The notes under the pieces: model-generated | What the model saw: only the letters and a program-made list of their open reading frames with translations | Told to the model about the DNA's origin: nothing | The model's database searches: none | Shown: positions 1 through 12,900 of the stretch, one piece after another | How the letters are laid out: each line of letters opens with the position of its first letter | How positions within the stretch are numbered: the stretch's first letter is position 1 | Assembly (NCBI GenBank): GCA_965112155.1 | Contig: OZ218099.1 | Direction: 5' to 3' (one strand) | DNA from: Podarcis liolepis | Lineage: Eukaryota | DNA: 64,000 bases | Translations under genes and position numbers: made by a program

Positions 1-904
1 ATCCCACAAACACACATACCCTCCACAAGTAGTGGCTTTGACAGTTGTAGAAACTTACCGGTGTTGAAGACTGTACATTCTTTGGGTTCTTGTAACACTG
101 ATTAGAATGTGAGTTCAATATCAGCATTATATCTTTTACAAGGAAGAATTACTACAACTTAAAATGGAGTCATCATGAAAATAACGATGGTAAGCAGTCC
201 AGAGTTATCTTTGATTTTAATGGGCATTTGGGAACAATAACATCTCTTTTGGTGAATACTGCATGCGAGATGTGCAGATTCATCATTTCACTCCTTTTAC
301 CTTGTCACACATTTAAGGAATGCTTTGCTGTGGAGCAGGATTTGCAGTTTCCTAGCTTGCCAACATTTTTGTACGTCTGCAACTTACTGTCTCAGATGAA
401 TCCTTATTTTTTTACTTTAGAGCAGCAGCTTGTTGGGAATTCATGAAACTTGTAGCTGTCAGACTTTGGTTTACAGTAATCAAGCCTGCACATTTTCCAG
501 AAGCATAGCCATGTCAGTCCATTTTAGCAAAAACAACGAAGGGCACGGTGGAACCTTAAAGACTTGCACGATGTGGGAGCAAAAAAAAAAAAAAAAAAAG
601 TACTTAGCAACACAGAGCTTTGAAGCCTGTTGTTATGATGCACTTTAACATTTATGCTAAACCATACCACAAAAAGCAAACTTGGTCATCAAGCAGTCAA
701 AACAAACAGTTTGATCATTACAATAGTCTGATGGAATTAACTTAATAGTGTCATAAACAAACTGTATCATACAACTCTATCTGTGCATATTTATTATTTA
801 ATCAATATAGTTTGCAGGTAAAAAATAAATTGCAAGTAAATATGATTATGTGTGTTGCTATTTTCTGCTTTATGTGAAGTTGCCTTTATTCATTCATTCA
901 TTCA

Positions 905-1295
905 TTCTTATTTATTTATTTATTTATTTTATCAGTTGCTTTATCTTGCCTAGGGCAACCCAAAACAACTTACAACCAAACAAACATAAAATAAATCTCA
1001 CATAGATACATTAAAACCAAGGGAAAAGATAAAAGCATTAAACACATCCCAATCATTTTTAAAAGCCACAGATAGTCAAAAGCCAAAGGCCTGGTATCTA
1101 AAGATATATAATGATGGTGCCAGGCACACCTCCCTGGGGACAGCATTCCACAAATGGGAAGTCACCGCACAAAAGGACTGTTCTTGTGTTGCCACCCTGC
1201 ACACCTCTTGTGGAGAAGGCACACAAAGAAGGGCCTCAGATAAGGAGCGCAGGGTCTGGGTCTGTTCACATTGTGAGAGGTGGTCCTTGAGGTAT
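905..1295 (-). mobile_element. L2/CR1-clade LINE 3' fragment with (TAAA)n tail
   Basis: Reverse strand reads like the L2 ORF2 C-terminal P.LWNA.P motif (cccatttgtggaatgctgtcccc). (TTTA)n tail at about 905-928. Boundaries approximate. Confidence 0.65.
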
Positions 1296-1801
1296 TTAGA
1301 ACTACTGTCTTTTTATGGAAAAGAATTTCCCTTACCTTAAGTTACCATAGGCAGGCAGAAATCAATAAATAAAGTCCTTCCTGGCATGGATATATGGATG
1401 GAAAAAGATACATCTGTTGATTTCTGCCTCTCATGCAATTCTTAACAGTAGCAACTCTACAAATTATAAGTGAGCCTCTGGTAAGTTATAGTTTTCACTA
1501 AGCAAATGTGTTATTATCTATGTGCCTAATGTTGACCTCAGTGAGATTCTGAATGCATGCTGTACCATCATGTCTTTACTTCAACGTCTTTATTTAGGGA
1601 GAGATATGATTTAATTTAGCTATAAGTCTTGTGATTATAGATGCGTGTGGAAATATAAAATCATGGCTTCTGTTAGAAAATAAACTTCAGTTTGGAAGAA
1701 AAAAGAGGCCTCAGTCCGGAGCAGTCTTTCATGCCTTAAACTTTCATGGATAAAAGTGAAACTCTGCATAACATTCCTTCATTATTCTCTCTTGACCTAG
1801 A

Positions 1802-1933
1802 TAGGGTTGCCATATTTTGAAGAGCAAAAAAGAAGACACATTTGCCGACTTATACTTTTAACTATGGATCTCTATGACTCTCATCATGAAAAAGAGAATG
1901 TGTCCTGGAAAAAGAGGACATATGGCAACCCTA
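1802..1933. mobile_element. hAT (Blackjack-like) MITE
   Basis: 13-bp TIRs TAGGGTTGCCATA...TATGGCAACCCTA; ctaga in both flanks (degenerate TSD). Confidence 0.8.
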
Positions 1934-1959
1934 GCTAGAAACTATTATCAGTTCCAGTT

Positions 1960-2265
1960 CCTGGCCTCGGGGAGTAATGATGACAAGGCAAAACAAGAAT
2001 TGGCCTTTTCTGCAGTGGCCCCCCAGTTGTGGACTGCTCTCTCTTACATTGCCTTTAGGGACCAGGCAAAAATGTTCACCTTCAACCAGGCCTTGGGCTG
2101 ATTGTCATCCAATGCCCTTTTGGATGTGTTGTGGAAGAGGTGATTATTGGGTTGTTTCTGTTTTTATTATGTATTTTGTGGGGGTTTTTTATATTGTAGT
2201 TTTGTGTTGGGAACTTCTCGGAGATCTACAGCTAAAGGGTGGTATCCAAATGTAATAAATAATAC
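1960..2265 (+). mobile_element. L2-clade LINE 3' fragment
   Basis: Translates AFSAVAPQLWTAL...FRDQAKMFTFNQA (L2 ORF2 C-terminal signature) and ends in an aataaataata tail. Confidence 0.7.
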
Positions 2266-3359
2266 TAATGTAGAACATGGGCAGGGAACATTTTCCTTAT
2301 GTTACTAAATAACTGCACTCAGCTTCCATACATCGGGGATTTAGGAGGAGAGGTATCCATGTTTTATTTTAGAAATGAAATACTCCCAAACTTGCTACCT
2401 TTCGATTGCAATCTTCCTGTAACTTTAATATCTACATGGCGTACAGAAATTCATTTGGTGCAGTGGCCCCATCCCTGCATCTCCATGCCAGGAAAAATGG
2501 CACCTGCTGAACATATGCCCGCAATGTGGTTGTTGGAAGGCTTGGGGATTCCACCTGAAGTACTACCTAACTTGCCTGCACATTCAGTCACAATAGGGTA
2601 GGATGTCACTGGTTGTGAGCTATGGCAGCATAGGGGAATCTCCGGCCCATGGGCCTAATTTGGCCCGCATGGCCGCTACAAATGTCTTCGAAAGTCGTTT
2701 TTTTAGCAAGCCCCACTTGCTAAAGTCCTATTTGACACCAACTGCCATTTTCAGCAGCATTCCGCATGTTAAGACTTATATTTGTTATGAATTTTTCTTA
2801 CATTTATGCATGTTGCGCACAGTAGAAGTAACCCAGGAAAGAGGTTCGGGCAAACATTTGATAAACCACCAAATGCCTCCTTCCGTTCTGCAAGTCCAGT
2901 TCCTATTAAAAACACAGGAGGTCCAGATAAGGAACCTCTCGCCAATGGCCAGAGATGATGGAAATTGTAGTTCAGGAACATCTCAAGGACCACAGATACC
3001 CCACACCTGATGTAGGGGGGGGGCATAAGGAACCTCTCAACCTAGGAGCCAACTCCTGGGGGCAGAGTTCTCTTCGCGCACCCCCTAAAATATTTGCGAG
3101 GGCCAGGACCCCCCAAAGTTGATGGGCATTGTCATTCAAATAGGGTGCGTGCACCGCATCATGTGACCTATTTCTCTCCCCCCCCCCAATATTTTATTCA
3201 AATTGGCACTTCTCCCTCTCCCAACCCCACCCCTTAGCACTTGTGTGAAAAGCAGAAGTTCAGCCGGTGAAGTTTCTTTCCTGGCATGTTTTCCCCCTCC
3301 CCTCCCCTCCCCTCCCCCAACAAACTACTGCGAAGAAGAGACACAGATTTTTTTAAAAA

Positions 3360-4680
3360 AAGTAGGCCGTCCTGTCAGGGACGTCGCGAGCATGGAGGCG
3401 AGCCGCTGCTGCCTGAGGGCTTCGGTGCCGAGCGCTTCAGGTGCCCGCCGTTGCCGTTACACAAACGCAGCCTAAGAAGAGCGGGCGCCGTTTCCCCCTT
3501 ACGGCAGCGGCGGCCGGTGCTCGTCGTGTGAGGAAAAGTCCTCGTGGCCGGCCGGGCAGCCCTGCCGCCGCCGCCGCCTCCCTCTCTCCCTCCCTCCCAT
3601 CAGGCGCTCTTTCTCCCTCTCTCCCCGTCAGCCAGTCACTCCGCGCTTGAGCTGAGGCGCGGCGGCTGCGGCAGAGGAGCCGGCTGAGGCGCGCTCTCCC
3701 CCTTTCCCGCCTCCTTCTCCTTCCTCGCAGGCAGGCGAAAGGGGCTCGACTTGCCACCCGGCGGCGGCGGCGGCTTGGGCTCCCGAGCGTTGTTTGGCGC
3801 TGCCCGCCCGTCTGCCTTGCCTGCGGCGGCCATGACCTCGAGCGGCAGGCGGAGAGGCCGGGAGCGGGGAGAGCCTCACCAGCAGGAGGAGGATGAGGAG
3901 CTGCCCGTGTACCTGGCGCGCCCGGGCACCGCCGACCAAGTGCCCCGCCAGAAGTATGGCGGGATGTTCTGCAGCGTGGAGGGCGCCTTCGAGAGCAAGA
4001 CGCTGGACTTCGCGGCGCTCAGCGTTGGGCAGAGAGGGGCCCGGAGAGCCCCGTCGCGGCAGCAGGAGCCCCAGCAGCCCCCGCCGGAGCCCGACGCGCC
4101 CCCGGACGAAGCCCCAGCCCGCAGCGTCGAAATCCGGGCCCGCTCCGGCAAGGAGCGCCTGCAAAACCTCGACTACGAGGATTACAAGGTAAAGGGGGTG
4201 GGATGGGGAGTCCCTCAAGGGTCAGAGAGGAGGCAGGGGGACCGCGGAAAGGGGCGGGAGGTGTCGGTGGGTGGCATCTCTGAGATGGGAAACAAAAGAT
4301 GAGGCGATGAGGGCGAGGGAGATCCGCAGCCTGATCTGGAGGGGTGTGTAATGTGTGTGTTCGTGTCGACGGCTCTTTGTGGTGCCTGTTTACTCGCGAG
4401 TAAGGCGCCCCCGAATCGCAGCCTTCGGCAGTTGGACTGACACGAGACAAAACTACTTACTTCTGGGCTTGTGCGTGATCTGCCCTCTTGAGAAACGTCC
4501 GAAGCATCTTTCGAACATCTCGCCCTCGTCAAGCTGCGAAGCGGTTAAAATTCAACAGAAGTTAAAACAAAACGGCACGAATCCTACTTGGCCGTACATT
4601 TTTACGGCCTGTTCCGAAGTTGATGATGGCTGTTAAGACGGTTACTAAGAGAGAGAGAGGCCCCTAGCGCCCCCCCTTCC
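3360..4680 (+). promoter_or_regulatory. DPYSL3: CpG island / distal promoter of DPYSL3 long isoform
   Basis: Abrupt rise in GC and CpG density around the first coding exon, against AT-rich CpG-depleted flanks. Edges approximate. Confidence 0.9.
3832..4188 (+). CDS. DPYSL3: DPYSL3/CRMP4 long-isoform coding exon 1A (119 aa)
   Basis: gcggccATG start. MTSSGRR...LPVYLARPGTADQVPRQKYGGMFCSVEGAFESKTLDF...VEIRARSGKERLQNL matches the CRMP4 long N-terminus. Donor AAG|gtaaag, phase 0. Confidence 0.95.
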
Positions 4681-4868
4681 TCCTGAAAAATAAACTTAAC
4701 AACTAAATAATGTGTGGATGAGGCATCTCTTCAACACTGCTGCCTTGTGTTTCCTGACGTTCCCGATAAGCCCTTGCAGCTAGGAGTAATTCTGGTAAGA
4801 TATCAGGGTTTAGGGATGTATGAAACAACCCTACATACTCTTAGTGGCGCCTGGATCTTAATTGTAGA

Positions 4869-4880
4869 GGTCACGTGACC
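4869..4880. promoter_or_regulatory. Palindromic E-box GGTCACGTGACC (USF/TFE/CLEAR-type)
   Basis: Perfect 12-bp palindrome containing GTCACGTGAC at the 3' shore of the CpG island. Confidence 0.45.
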
Positions 4881-5399
4881 ACATTCTAATTATTATTCAC
4901 CATCCCTGTGAATGAATCAGTTGCTCATTCTGCTCTGTATATATGCTGAATCTTCTTTATTGCTCACAGAGGTTGTGGTTAACCAAGAGGAGGCTCTACA
5001 ACTTTTTTCTGTTTCTTTTCAAGAGAAAAAGGGAGAGACAGCTTTTCTTTGCCATCAGCCTGTACTGCACAAGCTGAGTGTCAGCATTTTTAAAGTTATT
5101 AACTTAAAAGCTCTATGCCCTATGTTCCAAGAATGGTCAAGTAAGCCAATCAGGAGAGAATGTAGTCAACTTATGCCAGGATTGGTTACTTTAAAGTCAG
5201 TCCTCCCCATTTTCTTCATAAAAAGGATGAACTTGGAACTTAATTTAAATGGCTTGACTTTCAAAAGTTTGACCTTATAAGGAGCAGCTGAATAAAACAG
5301 GAACACCTTAAATATTGCATCATAGAAGTAAGAGCTCTTTTGTTAGAGGTTACATGCAACCTTTTAGGTTTTAAAAGTGGCCTAAGCATTCTTTTTTTA

Positions 5400-5739
5400 G
5401 GGACACGGGTGGCACTGTGGGTTAAACCACAGAGCCTAGGACTTGCCCATCAGAAGGTCAGCAGTCCCTGCTCCTGCTCCTGTTGCTCGGTCCCTGCTCC
5501 TGCCAACCTAGCAGTTTGAAAGCATGTCAAAGTGTAAGTAGATAAATAGGTATCGTTCCGGCAGGAAGGTAAACAGCGTTTCCGTGCACTGCTCTGGTTC
5601 GCCAGAAGCGGCTTAGTCATGCTGGCCACATGACCCGGAAGCTGTACGCCGGCTCCCTTGGCCAATAAAGCGAGATGAGTGCCGCAACCTCAGAGTCAGC
5701 AACGACTGGACCTAATGGTCAGGGGTCCTTTTACCTTTA
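5400..5739 (+). mobile_element. Sauria SINE (lacertid type), B-box region altered
   Basis: gggacacgggtggcactgtgggttaaaccacagagcc...gtagataaataggta...ggtcaggggtcctttaccttta; flanking cattctttt duplication (5387-5395, 5742-5750). Confidence 0.9.
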
Positions 5740-6039
5740 ATCATTCTTTTGGGATCCAAGAATTTCCAAGTCATTTATAAATAGCCTTTATTTATAGTTG
5801 GTCTGACCTACTGCAAAACAGGAAAAATACCTGAGAACTACTAAAAATAAGTGTCCTGCCTTCTAACCCCATCCCAGTTATATTTCAGGAAATCTTCTCT
5901 GAGCTGACACCAACAAAAGTTGGTCCTGAAATCAGGGGTGCGTTTTTCTGATTTTGGTCAGTATGTTTCTTGAGCTCATGTTTTGTTTGTAGCCTTGGCT
6001 AGAATACAGGTGTCTGGTGAGTGATACCTACTCATCTAA

Positions 6040-6455
6040 GGCTATGTACACATTAGTGGCTTAAAATGCAGCAAGGTTGTAATCCCCATCCTCCCTGCTG
6101 TGTTTTAAGTCACATTTGCCAAGTTGCTGTGCACACCAGAGAGGGGGCAAGGATGTCTTCACCCAATGCACATTACCTGTTTGTTTTCCTCAAGCCTACA
6201 ACCCACTCACCCTGAGCTTCTGCTCATGGAGCTGTCATCTGTGCATGTAAATGTACATACTTCAGCTTAGTTGTGAAATGATTGTGGATTACGTTTTCAA
6301 ATCAGATGAAAGCTGATTTGAGGGGAAATGCATCAAATAGCAGTGTTTCTCAAGAAACTACATATGGATTGTGGCTGATGTCATGTGGACACGGCTTCAA
6401 ACGCCAGTAGTGGCAGTGCACTGGAGCCAGAGTTAAGTGCTAAGTGTACATAGCT
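6040..6455. mobile_element. PIF/Harbinger-like MITE (old)
   Basis: Terminal inverted match ggctatgtacac...gtgtacatagc preceded by taa. Confidence 0.5.
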
Positions 6456-7364
6456 GGTGTTACTGATAGATACTTCATACATGATAATTTCCATACAGAA
6501 CTAACAAGTGTGGCAATGAAACAGAACCACTGTTATGTATGTGGTAGAGCTTAAGCTTTGCTGCAAGAACATGAATCAAGAATATAATGCCAATATTATT
6601 TACACAATGTATGTATTTGTCACAAATAAGGTTTTTCTGATAAGTCTTATAAGTGATGGTTTACATTGTTAGTTCCTCCATGCAGGAGAAAGCCACCATG
6701 CATTAACTAGTTCTGAGTTCCAAAGGGGATGGAACTGTGCCAGATACGGGCATAAGTATTGGTTGGAAGTTCTCCTGTCCATTTCTAGGTCAGTGTGGGT
6801 TGCTTCAGTGAAGTCAGCTGGAGCTGAAATCATCCATAGAATGAATTCTTATTTCATATGATTCAGTATGGTTGCTGCTTTGCTAAGGGGCTGCCTTAAC
6901 AGAATAAGGCTAATTTCACACTGAACTTCAGTTCATCCAGCTGTAGATGAGCGCCGGATCCTTGAGACTGGGACAACAGATCCTTTGTCACATGTAAGAG
7001 CTGGCACCCCTTTAAGCGTGTAAGCCAAATAAAACTGATTGGAAGATTACGTTCTTAAGCAATGAATAGGTTATAAATGAACTGTTGATAAATGCTTATA
7101 ATGGTATGATAACTTCTTTTTCTCTGGTTCTGCCTAGATCTGTATTGATCTAGGGTTGTTAGTTCAGGTATTCCTGATCTGAAACTTTGGAAGAGAGCTG
7201 TGCTGGATTTTTAGCTGTGGTAGGTTTTTCTTCAAAAAGGTGCAAAGAACGTTGATTTATTAGTACTGTGCTGCCTTTCAAACAGCTTTTGCTAAATATT
7301 TGCCAAAAGAGTCTGCCGTGACATAGACTTTCAGCTACCAACTTTCTATCCAATTACTATCTTA

Positions 7365-7555
7365 CTATTTAGTCTTGTTTATCCCACCTTTCTTTCAAGG
7401 AGATCCTGGGAGAGTACATGGATTTCTCCCCCTCAGTATTTTTTCTTGCAACAACCCTGTGAGGTCAGTTAGACTGAAATATAGTGACTGTCACCCATTG
7501 GGGATTTGAACCCAGGTCTCCCAGATCCTGCACTTAAGCCACTGCAACACACTGT
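7365..7555 (-). mobile_element. MIR-like tRNA-derived SINE
   Basis: acaaccctgtgagg core and ggatttgaacccagg (reverse B box). Confidence 0.65.
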
Positions 7556-8239
7556 TTCTCTTAGGATCGAGACAGCATTATCACACAATTTTTATCTTTA
7601 CTAAACAAATAAGATGTGTGGTGATCCTGGCTGGGGCTGGAACATGAGGGAACTTCAACCATTTGTCCCCACCACTGTTCCAATCTGGATTGAGTGGGGG
7701 AGAGTTGCAGTTGTTATTTTCTCCTAGAACATTGGCAGTCTCTGGGCTGTGTGTGTGTGCAATCCAGATCAGGACTGTGTTGAGGACAAATGGTTAGAGC
7801 CCCCTTTGGTCCAGAATAGGATTGGGGATTCCTGCAGCTGCTATTAAGTTAATAAAACTAGTTTGCAAGGGCCAGTCATGTGTTAACATAATATCTTTGT
7901 TCCTTTGTGCATTACGATCTACATTAGTGCATAGGCTGAACCTCAGCCCTTGAGCACCCTAGAAGCTCTATTGCCCCTCTAGGGAAGATGTTAGAATGTA
8001 CAACGCTCATTTATTTGGGAAGCCTATATCCTGCCTTTCCTCTAAAATAATCCCCAAGGTAGTTTAGAGAAAGAAAATTCAACACCACAAGTATAGTAAA
8101 CCATGTTCAAAACATTAAAAACAGCAGACAAAAACCAATAAAACAGTTACAGGACGATAGCCAAATTTATCAGTAGAATAAATATCACTATCACCACATA
8201 AAAAACCCTCTCTCTGGTAACTACCTCCACATCCTCTAA

Positions 8240-8660
8240 AGGCAAGTTTGTGAACACTCACAAATATCAATGTTTTTTTTCCAAAACAAAGTTGATGAGA
8301 GTAGTAATTTCTGATAAAGAAAAGAAAAGACCACAGGACATGCCCACATTGTATGCCTCAAAGAGGGTTTTCAGCGTTATGTTGCCAACATCTTTCTGGA
8401 CTAATCAACCCCTTCCTTATAAAGGTGCTGTGGAGTTCCATGTACTCCAGACTTCCTTTTTTCATTGAATCAGTCTCAATTTTAAATCTAAACAAATACC
8501 ACGTATTGATGCTATAGCAACTTTCCGTCGATTGGAAAACATCTAACTCCCTTCCATTTGTCTCCACGATCCTGAACATCAATTTTACAACATTTCTATA
8601 AACAAGTAATATGGGTTTAATCTTCAAACATCCATTTCCTCCAGGAGATGCTGAGGCTTT
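8240..8660 (-). mobile_element. Degraded L1/Tx1-like ORF2 C-terminal fragment
   Basis: Reverse strand gives CW...H.MW.CP, resembling the L1 zinc knuckle, with frameshifts. Confidence 0.35.
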
Positions 8661-9444
8661 CAAAGCTGATGGTCCAAAAATAGACTAAAATGTGCTGTAG
8701 TTGAAGGTATTGCCATTCAGCACTAGTGAGTCAAGTGGTATGTAACCTGCAAAACTGAAAATGGCAAAAAAATCCATCTAATCCTATTAAGTGGTCTAAC
8801 ATGTAAATAAATATCACTTCAATCCACATCTACTATTTTATTATTTATTTTCTTGTCTTTTGTTGTTATATTTTTAAATGACACTTGCCACACATGCACT
8901 TGCCATACATACAACACCCACAAAACACCCACAAACAGTAAACAAACTTGCCAGGCATACAGCTGTCTGTTTAAGAATTCAGTACATACCATTCCCCGCT
9001 ATTTCCAGTCATTTCCCACTGCCTCCAATGATTTTTATATAAGTTATGCTGCCATCGGCAATGTTTTGAAATTGTATTTATCATTTCTTCAGTTCTCTTT
9101 GACACGCAGGGTGCTCACTTTTTAAAAAAGTTGCTGCTCGCCTTCTTAAAGTTCCTCTGTTTTTCTCTCCTCTCTCTTGCTGGCTGGCTGCAGAAATGCT
9201 ATTAGTATAACAACTTGTAAGGGACAAAGTTCTTAAATAAATAAGCACAAGAAATCCACAAAACACCCAAGGAACACCTGAGCTATGGAGGGAGAAGACT
9301 GGTTGGTAAAAGGTTAAAAGGTGGGAGGAGCTGCTGTTGCTAACATAACCCTGTACTGTATAAGGGGCTGCCTGTCAAGGAAACTCAGAAGCTTCAACTG
9401 AAAGCCTCATTCCCATGTTGGTGGCACATCATCCCAGAATGTAT

Positions 9445-9675
9445 AATAATAATAATAATAAATTTTATTTATATCCCGCCCTCCCCAGCCGAAGCCGGGC
9501 TCAGGGCGGCTAACAACAATCAAGTAATCAGTCAGATAATCACAATCTAAAAATATTTCATTATAAAATTAATTAAATTAACATGATGGCAACCAATTAA
9601 GCAAAATTCTGTGCAGGTTGCCAGAGGAGGGGGTCAGGCTGCGCCCTGACCAAAAGCCTGGCGGAACAGCTCTGG
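9445..9675 (-). mobile_element. L2-clade LINE 3' end with (ATT)n tail
   Basis: (AAT)n followed by tttatatcccgccctccccag...agggcggctaacaac, with CpGs retained (young copy). Confidence 0.6.
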
Positions 9676-9709
9676 CATTTGAATAGCTATGTAGATACAT
9701 CAGTTATTT

Positions 9710-9910
9710 TTTGCTGTGTTCTACGTCCACTGTTGGAGGCAAAATGGCTTTGAATACCAGTTGCTGAGTATCAAAACTGGGGAGAGCACCTTTATACTCA
9801 GGTCTTGCTTGTGGACTTCCCCTACATCTCTTAGCTAGCCACTGTAAGAAAGGATGCTAGACTAGATGGGCCTTTGACTTAATCCAGCAGGGCTTTTCTT
9901 ACATTCTTTG
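9710..9910 (+). mobile_element. CR1-type 3' end / CR1-dependent SINE
   Basis: ggatgctagactagatgggcctttgacttaatccagcagggc tail; related partial copies near 33050-33145 and 57925-58007. Confidence 0.6.
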
Positions 9911-12900
9911 AGAATTCTTATGTCCAGTACTGATATAAATTAGATCTGTTCTAGAATGTCTGAGTAGACATATATAGGATTGCACAATAAGCAGAGCTAA
10001 AATATATGGCAAAACACTGTTTAGTGCTTTGGGAAGCATAAGGCAGAATGATTATTCTGTTAATTACATCTACTTCATCTACCTTAATCAGAAAAAAACA
10101 TTCTATTATGTTTTCCTTTATCCAAGAATTGGACAAGTCTTTGTCTCTTCAGCATGTGGACAATACATTTTCTCTTTTCCTAGGTAATTCTCTGAAGGGC
10201 TTTTCCTTGACAGCTGGCTGTAATACAGTATTGTACTATGCAACACAGGCTTTACTGCAATTGCAAATTACAACTTTGTTGCAGGATTAGGCACAGAGAT
10301 GATCTGGTTTATGAGGGAAAATGCTCCTACTCTTCAGTGGAAGCCAATGGTCGCTAAGTAAATCTTCCATCAAAATAAGAGTTTACTGAATAATCATTCA
10401 TTTGCTGGTATCTATTGCAGCATTGTGTCATGGTTTCCATTGTCTATATAAAAACCAGAATGTGTGAAATTAGTACATCTATTATTTATGTCTGACCTAA
10501 AAGAGGCCAGTTAAATTAAAAATATAAAGTGTTCCTACCGTAAGTAACCTGTAGTAGTATATAGAAAGATGAACTGAAATTGCTATAATTTGCATGAATA
10601 CAGATACAGCTATATTATCAAGCAGTTTCAAGGCCCATTTAAAATGCTTTAGGTTTCTCATTTTATCGGGGGGGGGGGAGATGTGTCTGCCTAACTTTTG
10701 CTAATTAGGAATTTATACTACTTCAGAGAAATCGGTGCATAGCAGTTGTGTGGAAGCACAAGTGTGCCCTTGAAGAGAAGGAAGAAAAGACTAGCTCTTA
10801 AATTGATTATTCTGAAGGGAAAGTTTCATTCCATATTCAAAACTGATTGTACAACGATTAGATCACAGTTTACCTGTACTAAATATTTATGTGTGATATT
10901 GTGTAGTGTGTACTTTGACCTACAAATGCAGAGGAGACTGATTGGTGTTTGGATGGAAATCCTCCATCCAATAAATGAAGAAACATCTCAGTAAGTGCTA
11001 CATTACAGTGGTGACTACTATTAAATGCCTAGCTAAGTGGCTGTCCAGTTTGATGGGGTCGGATGAATGGAGAAACAAGCCAAGTCCTTCTTGCTCCTAA
11101 TTTCATTTCTTGAAGCTAGTTGTCCAGGCCCAGACCATACCTCTGTGGCTGTCTTTAGCTGCAGCAGCATCTGTGGCTAGCAGGCAGGCCTTCCAGCCAC
11201 TCCTTGTTTCTCCCAGCAGTTACTCGCTCAGAGTATTATTATTCTGGGACTAGTGCAGGTGGGAATGGAGGAAGACAAATGCTTGCAGTCTGTGGTACAG
11301 TTTGCTGTGACACTGATCTCCTTGATATGCTGCAGACCAGGTGTAACTGGGAGCGAAGACAAAGGCCCTGTCCTCACATCATAGTAAGCTTACTGGGATA
11401 GTATGAATGAGCTTGCTAAAAGAGGAGCAGAGCAACTGTGATCTTCCTGGCAGCCAACATATTTGTGCATTTGCACAAAGTCATGGTTTGGCTTTCATGT
11501 AAACATGGCCAAATTGATTTTAACTTAGTTGGAATCAGCGTTCCTCTTTTCTCTCAGCTGTGTCCTGCTCAACAATAGCTGGAAGAAGTGGTAGTGGTTC
11601 TCTGTATACTCCTATGGGAGACAGTTTTCCTCTTCTCTTTCCCTTTGGCTCATAGTTTTTTGCAGGTATTGTTGTTGGCCTACAATTTTTCAGTCAAATA
11701 TAAGGTATAAGAGCAGTGGTGGAGCTGATCCAGCTCTTTGCACAGCTGCATTGCATTTTTCCTCTTTCCCTTGCATGCCCTATTTTGCTGGTGAATGTGG
11801 CTTAGTCAAAAATATTTTGTTGGCCAAATGTGATGGCCTGGCTGACCTAACTAATCAGTGCAGGGGAGAGATCTTGGAGGAGTTAGTATTCCATAATTAG
11901 GGACACTTGATAGGGTATATATGCTCAGCACTTCATTGGATGCCATTTTTTCATATTTATATTCTAAAAAAATAACAGAAAACAGGCATATGCTTTTGCA
12001 AACTGGAAATGTGCCCAAATAATTTTGTGCCCAATGTATTGTTTAGAAGATACAGTTTAGAAGATTTATAATAATGGCCCCAAAGCATGAGTGCAAAACA
12101 GTAATTGTCAGTTTCAATAGCACCTAGTTTAGAAGGTGATTGATTGATTGATTGATTGATACACATCTGCTCACTTGTGGAAGTGCTCTGTTGTTTAGCC
12201 ACTGGCAGATATATTTTGCCTTGAAGAACAATAGACATGAGGGTGCCGTTATTTTTATTTGTTTCGATTGTTTTATTTGTTACTCCCGTGGTGTAATTTC
12301 CTTTCGGACTGCCAGCTTAAGTGCACATTTGTTATGTAATTGCTTTAAGAAACTTCCTGTATTTTCATGAAGCTGTTCACATACTGATCTGTGATTCTGC
12401 TTCAGCTGTGGACTTGGGATGGAATTTAGGAAGGCAAGCCAGATTTCTCTAGTACTGCTCATTATTATCAATAGAGCTCCTGTCTTTTAGCTGATATAGC
12501 ATCTCTGTGAGAAGATGATAGATTTGAGGATGAATTGGGAAGCTCATCAGATGTAATTAGAAGAATTGTTATGATTGTGTTACTTTCAGGTTATTGTCTG
12601 AATGACTTGGAAATGTGATGTAGTGGGTTTCTTTCTTTCTTTCTTTTAGTTGGCTGTTGATGAACTGTCAACAAAAAAACTTTTCAGCCAACATGTAATG
12701 ATCCAAAACTGGCCCTGTTTTGGTTTTGATGGGAACAATGAAAACTTATTTTAAGAACTTAAGAAAGAAACTAATGTCTGCAAGGTTGTTAACAGTGGCA
12801 AAGGCATGGTGAATTCTTCTGTATCATTAGAGTGTTGGAAAAGTCTGGTTTGGAATTCAGCCTTGTTAGAGAAACTAACACTACAGGTACCAAAGACATA

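Noticed and set aside
1-850. 3' end of an upstream gene (AATAAA near 824, A-run 581-599)
   Set aside because: No exon evidence; common in AT-rich DNA.
4189-4302. Read-through of exon 1A as a 183-aa single-exon ORF
   Set aside because: A strong donor at 4189 and homology ending there indicate intron sequence.
3203-4636. Many overlapping long ORFs on both strands (e.g. 196 aa at 3628-4218 minus)
   Set aside because: Expected stop-codon scarcity in a CpG island and antisense shadow of exon 1A; no recognisable protein.
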